From: Lepidodermella squamata
Lineage: Eukaryota; Animalia; Gastrotricha
Direction: 5' to 3'
NCBI GenBank assembly: GCA_047495785.1
Contig: JBLDXI010000042.1
Coordinates: 1,860,001 to 1,924,000 of the forward strand
Length of the DNA stretch: 64,000 bases
Position numbers and translations under genes: made by a program. Of the stretch, positions 11,657 through 24,059 are shown in pieces. Each line of letters starts with the position of its first letter. The stretch's first letter is position 1. A model generated the notes under the pieces. The model was not told where the DNA came from, made no database searches, and saw nothing but the letters and a program-made list of their open reading frames with translations.

Positions 11657-13383
11657 TCTCCGAAATTGAATTCGCCTCCAAAGGTTATATCGACAAATAT
11701 GCTATAATTGAGTATATCATTGTACAAAATCCTACATGAAAAAGTAATAAAATTGAGGTTAACAGTTTGTATTTCGCTATTTACACAGGTGAGAAGCATT
11801 CTTAAGCCGCACGGTCTGTTTGAATATCATGACCTAGTCCGGGCAAAAAATGCAGTTGCACTACGCTACTTGCCAAACCAAATAATCCCCAATTTTTTGC
11901 AAAGAAATATTATGGGTAATTTTTGCCGCGAGAAACAGTTTACTCAGGTCTAAGGCTTGAGGCATAATACAGGACACAGTTCGCATTATAGTCAACCCGA
12001 ACGGCATGAGTCTTCTAAAAATTATTGAGAGCAATGATCGAAGTGTTAGAAGGGGAAAAGTGGAATAACAAAAACTTTAATCTCCAACTACTATTTCTCG
12101 AAAATTTGAATTTTGGAAATTCGGCAGCATTTTGATAGTAAACGATGCCTCTCAATGTGATTTTGTTAGTTTTCGGTCCAAAATTAGCGACATTTATTTT
12201 CATGGGAAAAATTCAGTAAATAGCTGGAAGCCGGCTGAAAGCGCCTTTCCTTACTCAGCTAACGAGCGTGACTAAGCTTAAAATACAAATTAATATACAA
12301 ATTCACCAATCGAGTCGACCAAAATATGGTTTCGATGGTTTTCTCTCCTAGATTCTTTATTATCATGCCTAAACGATTGATTTCACTAGTTAGAGTACTT
12401 TGCACTAAGCAAAGAATTATAAGTTACAAATTTTGCTAGATTTTCCCCCTGAGAGCTGGACCCAGTCAGACCACTGGGTGCATCCATATCGATCAAAGGA
12501 AGAGAAAGGCGAAAGGCACTACTATCGTGCTTTATCCTCAAAATTGGGTCCGACAAGCAGTAAGACCCATTAGTTCAGCAAAATGAACACAAGTCCACCT
12601 AAAAATACTGAAAATTGGGAACAATATGAAGTCTTAAATGGAAAATATAGGAGGAAGACGCCAAACTGCTCGAATCATCCTTGAATTTGATAAAGTATAT
12701 TAAAGACATTTTCATAAATTAGGAAAAAAATAGAGTAGAATGCTCGGATAAAAAATATATACATTTTCAGTCGAGAAATGAGTATGTTTCCAAATAATGT
12801 TTTTTTAATAGGAAATAAAAAATCAGGAGACGATGTGTCAAGGGCAGAGATGACTCGCGCCCCAATTTTGAGTGCTGTCATACAAAAAAAGTAGAATCTA
12901 GAATCGCGCTACTTGCGGTTTGCACCTGCAGCTCTGCGCACGATTCGGCTGAACAAGCATGTATAGGTGGCCTTCTTTTTTTTATTAGCCGTTCTATTCA
13001 GCGAAAATAATATATATATTGCTTTAGCAGTATGAGCGCTAGCGCGCGCGGCAAGCCCAACCGCAGCGCGAGTTGCAATATCAATGGCGGACGTGTCGCC
13101 CAGCAGCAGGCAGCGCCCGGCCATTTTCGCATTGCGTGCCGCTACGGCCTAGAATATTCATGATGCGAAAAAATAGTAATTATTTACGCACAGCTTTCGT
13201 GCACCCACTATTTTTACACGAATATATAATAGGTAAAAAGCTTTATTCGGTCTAATTTTCTAGGTCTGAAACTCGGGCGCCGGTGCAGTGCTGCGGCTGA
13301 CGTCAGAACAAGCTCAATTATTTATGACCTCATGAGCCGCGGGTAAATTTAGCATATAAATTAATCGATGCAAAAAAATCACG

Positions 13384-14851
13384 TTAATTTGAGAGCCAAC
13401 TTAAAACACAGTATAGTGATAAGTCATTGATATAGCCGTTTCGCCTTCCTGTCACGCCATTTCCATCGAATTCAGCATTTTGTTGATAAGCGAAATCCAC
13501 AAATTTCGACATTTTAAATGGATGAAAAACCAGCATTTTCTCTAAATCAAACGCTTCCCATGGTAGTAGTTTTCTTCTAATAAATCGATTTTCAAACTGC
13601 CAACCATATGGTGAGATGAAATTGAGCTCCTCAGGTGGAAGAACGCTGTTTAGAATCGTTGGTAAAGCGATTTCGTCGTATAGCTGGTGATCGAATGATA
13701 ATTCGAAGGCAGGTAGTAAGGATGGGAGATGTTTTATCGGAAAATAAGCGAAATCTCCGAAACTAGCCAAAACACGGCTAGCGCCACCAGTTGCTCTCCT
13801 TAAGTATTGGTCGTTGAAGTTCGTGTAATTTAGCAAATCCTATGAAGAAAAGACTCAAATTACTGTTGGACTTTGTTTCCAGGGCTTCGCCTGAAAGCGT
13901 TGCTAAGAAAACGCGTCTTTATCCCTTCCTTAGCAACCGTTGCTATGAAAAAGCGTCTGTAGTTAGAAAAACTCCCTTTCACATATCCATAGCAACGGTT
14001 GCTAAGGAAAAGTGTCACTTCATTTCAGAGAGGCTTCTCAGCTCAAAAGATCGACTTACATGATAGAACTTGGTTGAAGCGTGATGATAAACGTCCGGAA
14101 ATTTCCACCAGTTGTTTGTTGCTGTGCAATTTCCTGGCTGCAACTCGTAGTTTTCAACTGGATAATCGATAAATCGCAGCTCCGCACTGCTACAACTCTT
14201 CTTCGTGAACACGTCATAGACAACAAACCACGGGTAGGCGGAGGTTTTTTCGAAATCAAACTGACTGCTTTTATCGAAAATTCTCCACACATTTAATAAA
14301 GCATCGTCCTGGATGAGGAAAGTTCCTTTTATCTCATGCAAATTCACAGTAGTCCTGTCCAAGGCTATATTCACGCATTTCAACCGACCTTCGCCCAATC
14401 CTTTTTCGATGAAAGTCCGATTTTGCCCATAATCAATGTATCGTTCAGTGAAATTCACCGCGATTTCTTGCCCAAAATATGTCGATAATTGGTTGAAAAA
14501 CTCTGTTGAGTTGGAAATTCCGCAAAAATATATTTCTTTGAAGAATTTAGCGTATAGTTGTTGTAGTAAGGGCGCGACGTAGTAAGCATTATCCCAGTTG
14601 AAAGTTATGACAAGAATGAACTGGCCATCGGCTGCATAATCGCTAGGCGGCAACTTGTGACGTAGGTGGAGATGATCATTAGTAAAACGGCGGCAGATTT
14701 TGTCGAAAATGAGGTCTGACCTACTTTTGCTGGGCGGCTTTAATCGAATTTTCTGCAGCCCAGGTTGCTTAGCTAAGAAATGCGGGTAAAATAATGCGGG
14801 AAGGCATGTTGCTACAGAAATTATTAAGGCGGCTATTTTAAGCGTGAACAT
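13384..14851 (-). CDS. STELLO/DUF288-like type II membrane putative glycosyltransferase, 2 exons
   Basis: N-terminal anchor; ILVITFN, LYAKFFKEIYFCG, GTFLIQDDALLNVW, DFAYFP, DEIALPTIL, HPFKMS; intron ~13840-14059. Confidence 0.7.
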
Positions 14852-15057
14852 TTTAATTACAAGTGCGCGATGACCTAATAAGAGTTGCGCGAATTAAAGT
14901 GCGGTATAATAAGGATTGGCGCGCGTCCTGACCTCGCATATATTAGGCCATTCCGTGTCACTAAAAAAGTACCAATGCCATTTTCAATCAAAATCAACGA
15001 AATTATCAGCATCTCTTTTTTGAAATAATCTGCAATAGAAATGATTCTTTTATTTCA

Positions 15058-15537
15058 ATGTCTGAAACACAAAGTATAGCCTTAACTTCGAGCGCTGATG
15101 TAATCGTCGAATTGGAGGCTGAGGAGCTGAGTTCTGTGGAGATCAAACGGAGCAATTTGAAATACTGGGCCGTTTTACTATCGATTTTGTCAATTTTCTC
15201 GCCTCTTCTCTGCTGGTTTTGCGTTCCAGTCACGTATCAGGCCTGCCGAAGCGATAAGGCGAGGCTCAAGCCGCATTTCAACTACATATTAGCTGTTGCT
15301 CTATCATTTACATCACTGGTGTTGTTCATCGGCTGGTTCTTTGTAGCTCTTTTGTATTTCCTTAGCGATCCAAAGTCGAAATCCAAGATTACTCGGATGG
15401 GTGGTCTCGATAATGAAAGCCTTGATTGCTCGCCTTTTGATCCGCTTGAATGTGAAAAGCATGGCAATTCCTCATCAACCATCTTTGACAAGTGCTGTGC
15501 TGCTTATAATCTGCTTATAATTATCAGCAATAAATAG
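15058..15537 (+). CDS. Two-TM membrane protein of unknown function
   Basis: 159-aa ORF with two hydrophobic segments and a Cys-containing tail. Confidence 0.55.
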   Translation: MSETQSIALTSSADVIVELEAEELSSVEIKRSNLKYWAVLLSILSIFSPLLCWFCVPVTYQACRSDKARLKPHFNYILAVALSFTSLVLFIGWFFVALLYFLSDPKSKSKITRMGGLDNESLDCSPFDPLECEKHGNSSSTIFDKCCAAYNLLIIISNK

Positions 15538-15936
15538 TCGCTTCTGAACTGAAGGCATAATTGTTTATGTATATCCTAAATTGCGTCTTGAAATTCCCAA
15601 ATCATGATCTAATGTTTTTCTAAGAAACGATGAAAAATTCGAACCCGAAATCGTGTCAAATTTACCACGCATCCGTGTTATTTCATCGTTTTTTTCCCGC
15701 TCTGTTCCTTTCCTAAGAGCAATCAGCTTTAACAGATTTGCTCATTCTCACTCAACCGGATAACTATCACATTGATGTCTGCGTAACGGAAACATTAGTA
15801 CGGAATGGCGGCAAGAAAGCAGTTGGAAACAACCTCTGAAATGAAAGTTGAGTCTATAAAACGCTCAATGCCTTCCTGCTTTCTATTTCACTGCATCGCA
15901 ACCCATTAAATTTGAGTTCAGCAAAATCTTAAAACG

Positions 15937-18541
15937 ATGAGCGGGATTTTTTGTATTATGTTGATGACGTCTGCGTTTACTATGAATTTTGCTCTCGCTG
16001 TAGCTGCGAAACAAGAAATTATCCTTCCAATGAATGAAACAACTGCCAGGGAACAGCTTGTTCGTCTCGATGCTCAGCCACCCCCGCCGTATGCTGTTGC
16101 CTCCACCTACAACCTATCAACAATGAGGCATAGAAAGCTTATTACTATAATGGCGAGCGTTAGTTATGCGGGAGAAATGGCGACTGGCCCTATCGCTACT
16201 AAAGCTGTTGAGCTGGCCCTGGATAGATTGAAAAGCATGCCCAACTTCCTCGACAATTACGAACTCGCTGTAGAAATGTTTGACGATAAGGTAAGTACTT
16301 CAATTTTTCCAGCAGCCGCCTTAAATTTGAACCTCTAGTGCATGGACTATGTGACCATCGAGGAGTCATTCTCTCGAATGCGTGGTATAAAACCAGGCCT
16401 AAATCGCCTCCCGGTTTTTGCCAGCATGGCCTGTGACTCGGTCGGGATTCGAACTGTCGCAGAATCGGCTAAGTTCTTCGATCATTTCGCCCTGACCCTG
16501 TCAATGCTCTCGCCTGAAATGTACTATCAAAGGCAGCGTTTTGGTAACCACTTTGCCCTGGCCCAGCGATTTGAAGCTGGACACCTGGCAGCTGTTGAGT
16601 TCATCCGATCCATGGGCTGGCGAAGGGTGGCCATTGTTTCTGAGAGTTTCCTGCTGTACGACAGCCTTCAAAAATATCTACTGTCAATGCTTGAAACGAG
16701 AAATATATCGGTTATTCATCTAAGCAAGTCATCGCATGCTGCTGTATTTGACAACGATATGATTCCTGTATTTGAAGAATTGAAGGCACATGATGCGAGA
16801 ATTTTTCTGATGGACGCAGATCGAGCGTCGGGAAAAGCTTGTTGGCTGCATCGTTACGGCATGTACGGGCCTAGTTACGTTCCAATGTTCTGGTACTGGT
16901 CGGACAGCTTTCCTAATGGCTACGTGCCTGCAGAACAATCGGCATGGTGCACAATCGGTATGATTAACGAAGTGATGGCTAACGCTGTGATTTTTGGCGA
17001 CTCAACCCTAGTTGACGTAGTCGGGCCTCAGCATAGAGATAGTTCCGGTATTTCCGCGTCTCAATGGGATGAGGAGATGAAACGAAAAATAGTAAACCCA
17101 GAAACAAGTGGCTTCTGGGGTTACTATCGGTTCACAATTTACGATGTTGTCCTATTCATGGGTCTTCTCCTTAACAAAACTGAGGAGGGCCTTATCAATC
17201 AAAATCGAACTCTGTCAGATTTTGCTGATAACCGCGAAACGTACCCTGAATTGATCAGCATTATGAAGGATAGCATTTATTCAATCAACATGACTGGGAT
17301 GAAAGGTTCGTATTCCTTCGACCCCGTTACGAAAATGAATACGAGAGGATATGTCCCAATCACACTGAGTAGGTTTGACTCGCATCGAGAACGAAATGGA
17401 GTATTAGTCCTTGGACAGCCGCGAATTGTAGCAATCTACAACATTAGTTCCGCTGAGATTCAAATTTTCAATAATCGATTAAGGTGGACCACGAAAGATG
17501 GCGCAGCGCCTTTCGACTCGAAGCGCTACTTCGAACACCGCGCTGCTCAACTCGGAATGGATCAGTATATCACTTTGATGACCATGGCTAGCCTTACCCT
17601 AGTCTACCAGTTTGTATTCATTGGTATCAAAATATTCGCGGTCAAAACATCGCCTTCCTCATTCCGTCGATTCGTTAGGAAGCATTTATACTTGAAATCT
17701 ACGCCGAGATTAGATGGAAAGGTTTATGAGAGTGAAATTTGGCTGTTCAGTGGTAACTTCGTTATCACAGCCGGGCTTTTCACGCTCCCTTCTCCCACGG
17801 CTGGTTGGGACGCACTCGTGACCTGCAATACCAGGTTGTTTTGCTACGCTGTCGGGTTTTTCGTCACATTCGTTTCGATTACCATAAAATTCCAGGGCAT
17901 AGTCAATGCCCAGAGTAAGAGCCGTAACATTCTCAGTAGAGTAGTAACACTGGCTGAGATCCTATTGATGGCTGTCTGGATTTTTGCGCTGAGACCAATG
18001 AATCTAGCCAAGAAGGTCCTCCCCTTTTCTAGTAGTGACAGAACGATCTACCACCAGCCATTTTTGACCGAATGTCGGTTGGCTTTTGGCTCGAGTCCTA
18101 CTGCGATTGGCTTAGAAACGGCGATAATTTTATTAGTTGGTGTTGTTGCTCTAAAGCTGACTTTCCTTAGCTTTAAAATCAAAATGGTATGTATCAGAAT
18201 TGCCGTCAATCATTTGAGATTTGAGAAACTTGCCTTATTTTTGCAGAAGCGATTTTTCATCAGCAAAGGGGAGAAGAAACTATCTCTTGCATCTTTTTGC
18301 ATCGCGATTACAGCGGCTGCCACTGCTCTTCTTGGACTTCTGATACCGAGTAATTTGATTACCATCATGTCGTTAATTTCTATGGCCTTTGTTTGGTTCA
18401 CGACTTATACGTTCTCAAATTTGGTAACACTTCTAAATTTCCAACTTACTAATATTTCTATCATTTTTAAATTGATTATTACAGCTAGTGGATAAGAGGC
18501 GAACACCTGCTCCAACACCTGCTGGGTTTCGCAACGCTTGA
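15937..18541 (+). CDS. GABA-B-like class C GPCR (Venus flytrap + 7TM)
   Basis: Signal peptide; GWRRVAIV, ELKAHDARIF, ACWLHRYGMYGPSYV, YDVV, MTGMKGSYSFD; TM helices follow without a Cys-rich domain; introns 16291-16338, ~18187-18246, ~18424-18484. Confidence 0.85.
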
Positions 18542-18704
18542 TGGAATTTTTCGGGATTTCCAATGAGATTCTTCCGCCTCTGTGCTGTTGCAACGCGCTC
18601 AAGTTAATTCCAATGAAGTTAAGTCCTCGTCTTCGAGCCCTCATGCTTGGACCTCTAAAACTGCGTGTGAGGGGTTGGGGGCAAGACACCCCTAGCCTCT
18701 AGTG

Positions 18705-19770
18705 GCTGTCACAGAAAAGTGAATGTATACGTGAATGCACACCTTCGAGGACGCGTCGTGTCTGTTAATTGTTTACGCTCTTAAAGAAATTCCAAAAAAT
18801 GCATTGCCTTAATGCGAAAAGGCTCTCGCAGAAACGGGAATGCGTTGCAGATAAAACACGGCCTGTCTGAGACGGGGAACTCCCGTTGTCGTGGGTCTTG
18901 TTCCGTTCCGTCGGTCTTTCGGCCTGTCCGTCGTGAAGGAGGACGTGTTTGTAAGCTTAACAAATGTAGCCCTGCGAAAAGGATTTACGAGTGTCATTCA
19001 AAATGAGTCTTCGTCTGACTTTTTTGTTCCGTCGTATCAGTGTTTTGTGCTAATTTCGCACCGATCATTCATAAACGCGGGTCTGAGATCAGAGAAATGG
19101 TTCAACTGGGACTCGAGCATGTTCATGTTAAGGCAGTTTTCTGTGAGCGGACACAGGCCGAAGGAAAATTCTATGTTTACGCTTTCAAAACAATTTTTAG
19201 AAAATTCATTGTCTGAAGTGGCTCTCACAGAAATGAGTGGCTCTCACAGAAACGGGAATGCGTTGCAGAGAGAACGCGTCGTCTCTGTTCATTGTTTACG
19301 CTCTTAAAGAAATTTAGAAAAATTCAGTACATAGGAGGATGCGAAACTTTAATGTGTTTCGGAGAGAACGCGTCGTGTCTTTTCCTGCCGTATGTTCTGA
19401 AAGAAATGTCAAAAATGCAATGCTTTGACACGAATCGTGAAAGTGGCTTTTACAGAAAAGTGAATGTACATCATAGGACATGTCGTGTCTGTTCATTGTT
19501 TACGCTCTCAAAGAATTTGAAAAAATTCATTGCCTCTATGCGAAACGCGAAAGTTGTTCTTTCACGCTTTCAAAACAAAATTCAGAGCATTTATTGAACC
19601 AGAACGCGTCATGACTGTTCATGGCTTACTGTCTCAGAGAAGTTCTAAACAAACCCATTGCCTGGATGCGAAACCTGAAAGCAGCTTCTGCCATGAAACG
19701 TGAATGACGCGGTAGGACGCGTCGGTTCTGCTTATTAATTTAGGTCTCAAAGAAATTTAAAAAAATTCAA
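18705..19770. repeat. Degenerate ~110-125 bp tandem repeat array
   Basis: Recurrent ACGCGTCGTGTCTGTTCATTGTTTACGCTCT..AAGAAATT and GGCTCTC(A/G)CAGAAACGGGAATGCGTTGCAG units. Confidence 0.8.
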
Positions 19771-20096
19771 TTTCCGTGATTTCCATAAAGCCTAGTTCCA
19801 TGTATTCATACAACACAATAGCCAATCACGATTCAACTAAATAAAAACATGTTTACAAAGAGTTTTCTCCTTAATATCAGCTGGGGGCGTGGCATTTTCA
19901 ATATTTCGGCAATTAAATAATGGTCTAACCTTGCCTATAACCTTGGTGCTGCACAGCACGTTTTCCCAGGCTAATTGATTGTTATCAATGAAAGGCGCGA
20001 TAAATGAACGCGAACTTATCGCGAGAGCTACAGACCTCAAAAGAACAACCTCAATATTATTGTTCTTTTCATCTCGAACACTCTTGAATATAAAAA

Positions 20097-20547
20097 ATGA
20101 AGTCAATTCTTGCTATTACCTTGTCGTTATTCTGCGCTGTCGTTGCTGTTCAAGGCGTTTGCGATGGGCACAGCTGTGGCCTAATGGGCGAGCACTGCGA
20201 CCCGTCTGATCCTAACAAATCTGACCAATGCTGCCCGGGGCTGTAATATATTCAATTGGTGACATTGAGCAACCAAATTCAATTGTTGCTTTTTCAGGGT
20301 GTGTCAAAAGCAAATGAACGGTGGCGTTTGCCAGGGTAGCATGTTGCATCACCACATTTTGAACTGCATCTACGTTGGCCAGCCGTGCACTCAGGGCGAA
20401 GATCAGAAGCAATGCTGCCCGGGAAGGTAATTTCATTCCAAGTTCGGGCTATTCTTGCGTTTCAATCATGGTGTTTTTTCCTCCCAATACAGCACCTGTA
20501 CCATTCCTCAAGGCAAGAAGTCCCCTGTATGCGTCCGCCAATGCTGA
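20097..20547 (+). CDS. Secreted double inhibitor-cystine-knot (knottin) peptide, 3 exons, 109 aa
   Basis: Exons 20097-20242, 20298-20426, 20493-20547 give MKSILAITLSLFCAVVAVQG-VCDGHS-CGLMGEHCDPSDPNKSDQCCPGLVCQKQMNGGVC-QGSMLHHHILN-CIYVGQPCTQGEDQKQCCPGSTCTIPQGKKSPVC-VRQC*; AATAAA at ~20607. Confidence 0.88.
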
Positions 20548-21296
20548 AAGATGAACTGGCATAATCAATCTTACTAAACCTAACTTTATAGGCTATATTG
20601 CCCTAAAATAAACTTTCATGTTAAGTAAGTATCCATTGAAGCAACTGATATATGGCCCATATTCCTGTCATTTTCTCAGGACTTTAACTCTTTAAACGTG
20701 AGGACAGGACAGATCGCCACAATCTCAGGCTCTGAAAAGTGGTTGACGGAGATTCAATTCATTTTTAATTTCTCCTGCGCTACAATATCTATCGCAACCA
20801 AAACGAATGTTCTGCGTTCATTCTTATTTCTTATATATAAGGCTGCAATTACCGCTTTTGGGCTTGTATTTTGGGCACGGAAAACGGTAGCGCAACTCAG
20901 CATACACACTCGAACGGGGCGCGTTTATTGCAAGTGATAAACAATTACCGGCCGCTGCTGCAGCAAGGAAGAAAAAACAGTATGAGCACATTACGCCCGC
21001 AGCAGGCGCTGTCCATTACACAGCCAACGCACCGGTTGGCTACCTAATAAAAGCAATCGTCTGCTAGGCGGCATGCCGAAAAAACATTAATAAGGAGCAT
21101 CCTTATGCGCACTCTCTATGTATATACATTACGCGGTTTTTCGCCTCCAGAACAGGTATAAGATCAGTACTACGTACACACATTTTTAAGCACTCGACAG
21201 CAATACTAGAAAAAGCGATAAACGATACTGCTTTTCTGGAGCGAAAAAAACCTATTCCGACAGGCTAAATCTAAAACAGACGCACAGCTGTTCGCG

Positions 21297-23873
21297 ATGA
21301 GCAAATTTATCAAATTTATAAAAAACCTAACGTCTAATAACGAGCAACAAACGCCTGAACCGCCTTCGTTAGATAGCGGCAGCAAGGCGAGTGAAGACTC
21401 GGATGCGATGGAGAAAAACAAACAGCCTAATAACGCGGGTCAGGAGGCGAGAACAGCGGCGCCTGTGCCCGGCACTGCCAAACAATCGCCTGCTGCTGTA
21501 GATAAAAACCCGGCGAAAACGAAGGCGCTACTCAAAAAAACAATGGTAAGCACATTTTTTCACTATGAAAGTGTTGCTGACTGGGGAAGCTTATTCCCCC
21601 TCCCATGTGACCATCCCTAGAAAACATTTTGTTACCCGATAAAAATGAATCCCACCTTCAAAATATATCGGCAACAAATTCAAATTATTCGGATGGTTTA
21701 TCTTCAAATTTCCTGAATACGAGGTCAACCGTTAACCCGACTTTTCCTCAATCCGGTTTCATCACTTGACCTTGAAACTCTCCTTGAAACTCTAATCACC
21801 TATCATGATATCGGGTAGTTGGACTGGCGAACTGGTAAGGATAAGAAGAATCAACGCAAGGGTCTTCTCTTTAGTCTTTAGTCACCGCTGTAGATGGCAG
21901 TGTTGTGTTAGTCCCAACTATCCGCAGAGGTACCTCGCGCTCTGGCGTGAAGCATGAACAGACATTACGCGATGAATCCGCAATGCATTCATGTTTCTGT
22001 GAGAGCCCCTTTGTCTTTTAGCATCCTGGGTAATGTGTTTTACAAAAAATTCTTTGAGAGTGTCACGCGAAACAATGAACAGACATTACGCGTTCTGTCC
22101 GCAACGCATTCACGTCAGTTTCTGCGAGAGCCGCTTTTCCATTTAGCATCCAATCACTGCTTCATTTGAACATTTCTTTGAGAGCGTAAACCAGAGAGCG
22201 AAGTAGGACAAGCGAACTGGCAAAGATTAGGACAATCGACATGAGAGTCCCCTCTTCAGTCATTGATATAAATACCTGTACGGGCTAGCTAATATGTTGT
22301 GATGATCCCTATACTTAGCTTTCTGAATGAAAACAAGGTACCATTTGACCTCATTTTACCACAGCCTTGTACACTCAGGATCGATTTCAATTTCGAAATT
22401 CGCTGAATATTATTGGCGATTTTTTAATTTATTCCTAGTCATAAATATTCCTGTTCAATTTTTCATTTTTCAAAATACGTTTTTGCGAATTCCTGAGATC
22501 GTTCAAAATTATATTAGTGAAATCTGAGCCAAAGTACTCGACAATTATCGATTAAAGCACCATGCACATTCTTAAACGTAGAATTATACATTTATGTGGG
22601 GCTGTTTACGATCGAAAAGGAATAGCGCCTGGGATGGTGCCAATTTGTTCTCGTAAAACCTGCGCGGCAGTCTTGATAAAAGCACCCCTTGTTAGAAGAA
22701 TGGGTCTTGCGCCGGACCCAGTGGTTTTTTCGCTGTTAGCCAGATAAATTCTCCACCGATGCTAATTCCAGGGTGCCCTAATTATGCAATATTTATGGTT
22801 TATGTTTAGCGTATATTCGAATCTGCAGCTAAGGGTGATCTACCCGATATACGATCAGTGCTACAGGACAAAGAATGGCTCAAAATCTTAACGACTCGCA
22901 TCGATTGCGCGAATTTCAAACAAACAACGCCTCTTCATGTCGCAGCAGCAAACGGCAAAACAGATGTAGTAACAATCCTTATCGAAGACTACGGAATGGA
23001 TCCTTTTTCGCCAGATGGCAATGGTTTACTGCCTGATGAACTGCTAGAGAATTTCTACAAACAGCAAACTCAAGCTGCCGAGGAAAACTCAGAGCCGATT
23101 GAGGTGAAACGAATTTCAGCAGCTGAGCTGTTCTATAAGCGTCAAAAGGCAAGTCAATCGCTATCTTGTTATTACTTCTTGACTAATTCTTAATAATTTA
23201 GGATTTTTTTGAGGCTTGTTACGAAGGGAAGCTGGATGAGGTTAAGCGAATGTTAGTCGAGCCGAAATTCATCCTCTCCAGTTCGGATGACCTCAACCAA
23301 CTGCCACTAGAAACTTTCGCCAACATTCGAAGCTCTCATCTATTGTCAGCCCGTTACGACAGCAAAACGCACGGCCTAGGAACGATTTCTGATTTCTACC
23401 ATTGGGAAGAAGGCCAAAGCGCGTTGATGTTCACATGCTGCCGTAAAGGCGCTCCGAAAGTCGCTAAATTTCTGTTAGAAGCTGCCTTAGAACTCGAAAA
23501 GTCTCAAATTGTTCCGAATTTCACATTTGAAGATTTTGCGACTGGAATCGCAAAACCTGGCAATTGGTCTGTCCTTCACTCGTCGGCTTACTGGGGATTG
23601 GTAGATTGCCTGAAAAATCTGCTGAATTACGACATCTTCAACATTGAGATCAAGAGGAAATGGCTCGGGCTCGATAACTGGACCCCGCTAATGCTCGCGG
23701 CTGACCGGGGCAATGTTGCCGTAGTCGAGTTTCTAGTTCAAAAGGGCGCTTCGATGACCGCACGTCGCAGTGACAACAAAACAGCCCTGGAAATTGCGAA
23801 GGAACGCGAAAATGAGAAAACTGTTAATTTATTACTCAAACTTTACGCGGCACAGTTAGGATTTGATCTTTGA
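21297..23873 (+). CDS. Ankyrin-repeat protein, 3 exons
   Basis: TPLHVAAANGKTDVV, SALMFTCC, SVLHSSAYWG, TPLMLAADRGNVAVVEFLVQKGA; exons 21297-21545, 22810-23148, 23202-23873. Confidence 0.85.
21954..22195 (-). repeat. Two inverted copies of the 18.7-19.8 kb repeat unit inside the ankyrin intron
   Basis: ATGAACAGACATTACGCG and TTTCTG(T/C)GAGAGCC are reverse complements of the array unit; period ~122 bp. Confidence 0.75.
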
Positions 23874-24059
23874 AAATAAATATAATTTGATCTGGATTTT
23901 TCATCATGACTTGCGGTGTCATCTTCGAGGCGAGACGGCCTTTTTGCCTTAAATTTTGAGTACGCCCTCTTTCGCGGCGACGAATGGCGACGAATGATAT
24001 GCGGATTCTTTGACAGGTGGTTGTAATTTCCCGTAGAAACAAAAATGCTTTGTTCATTT

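Noticed and set aside
12900-13330. GC-rich patch as ncRNA or CDS
   Set aside because: No recognisable RNA family motif, coherent ORF or terminal repeats
18705-19770. Repeat array as CRISPR
   Set aside because: Eukaryotic context, degenerate whole-unit repeats, no unique spacers or cas genes
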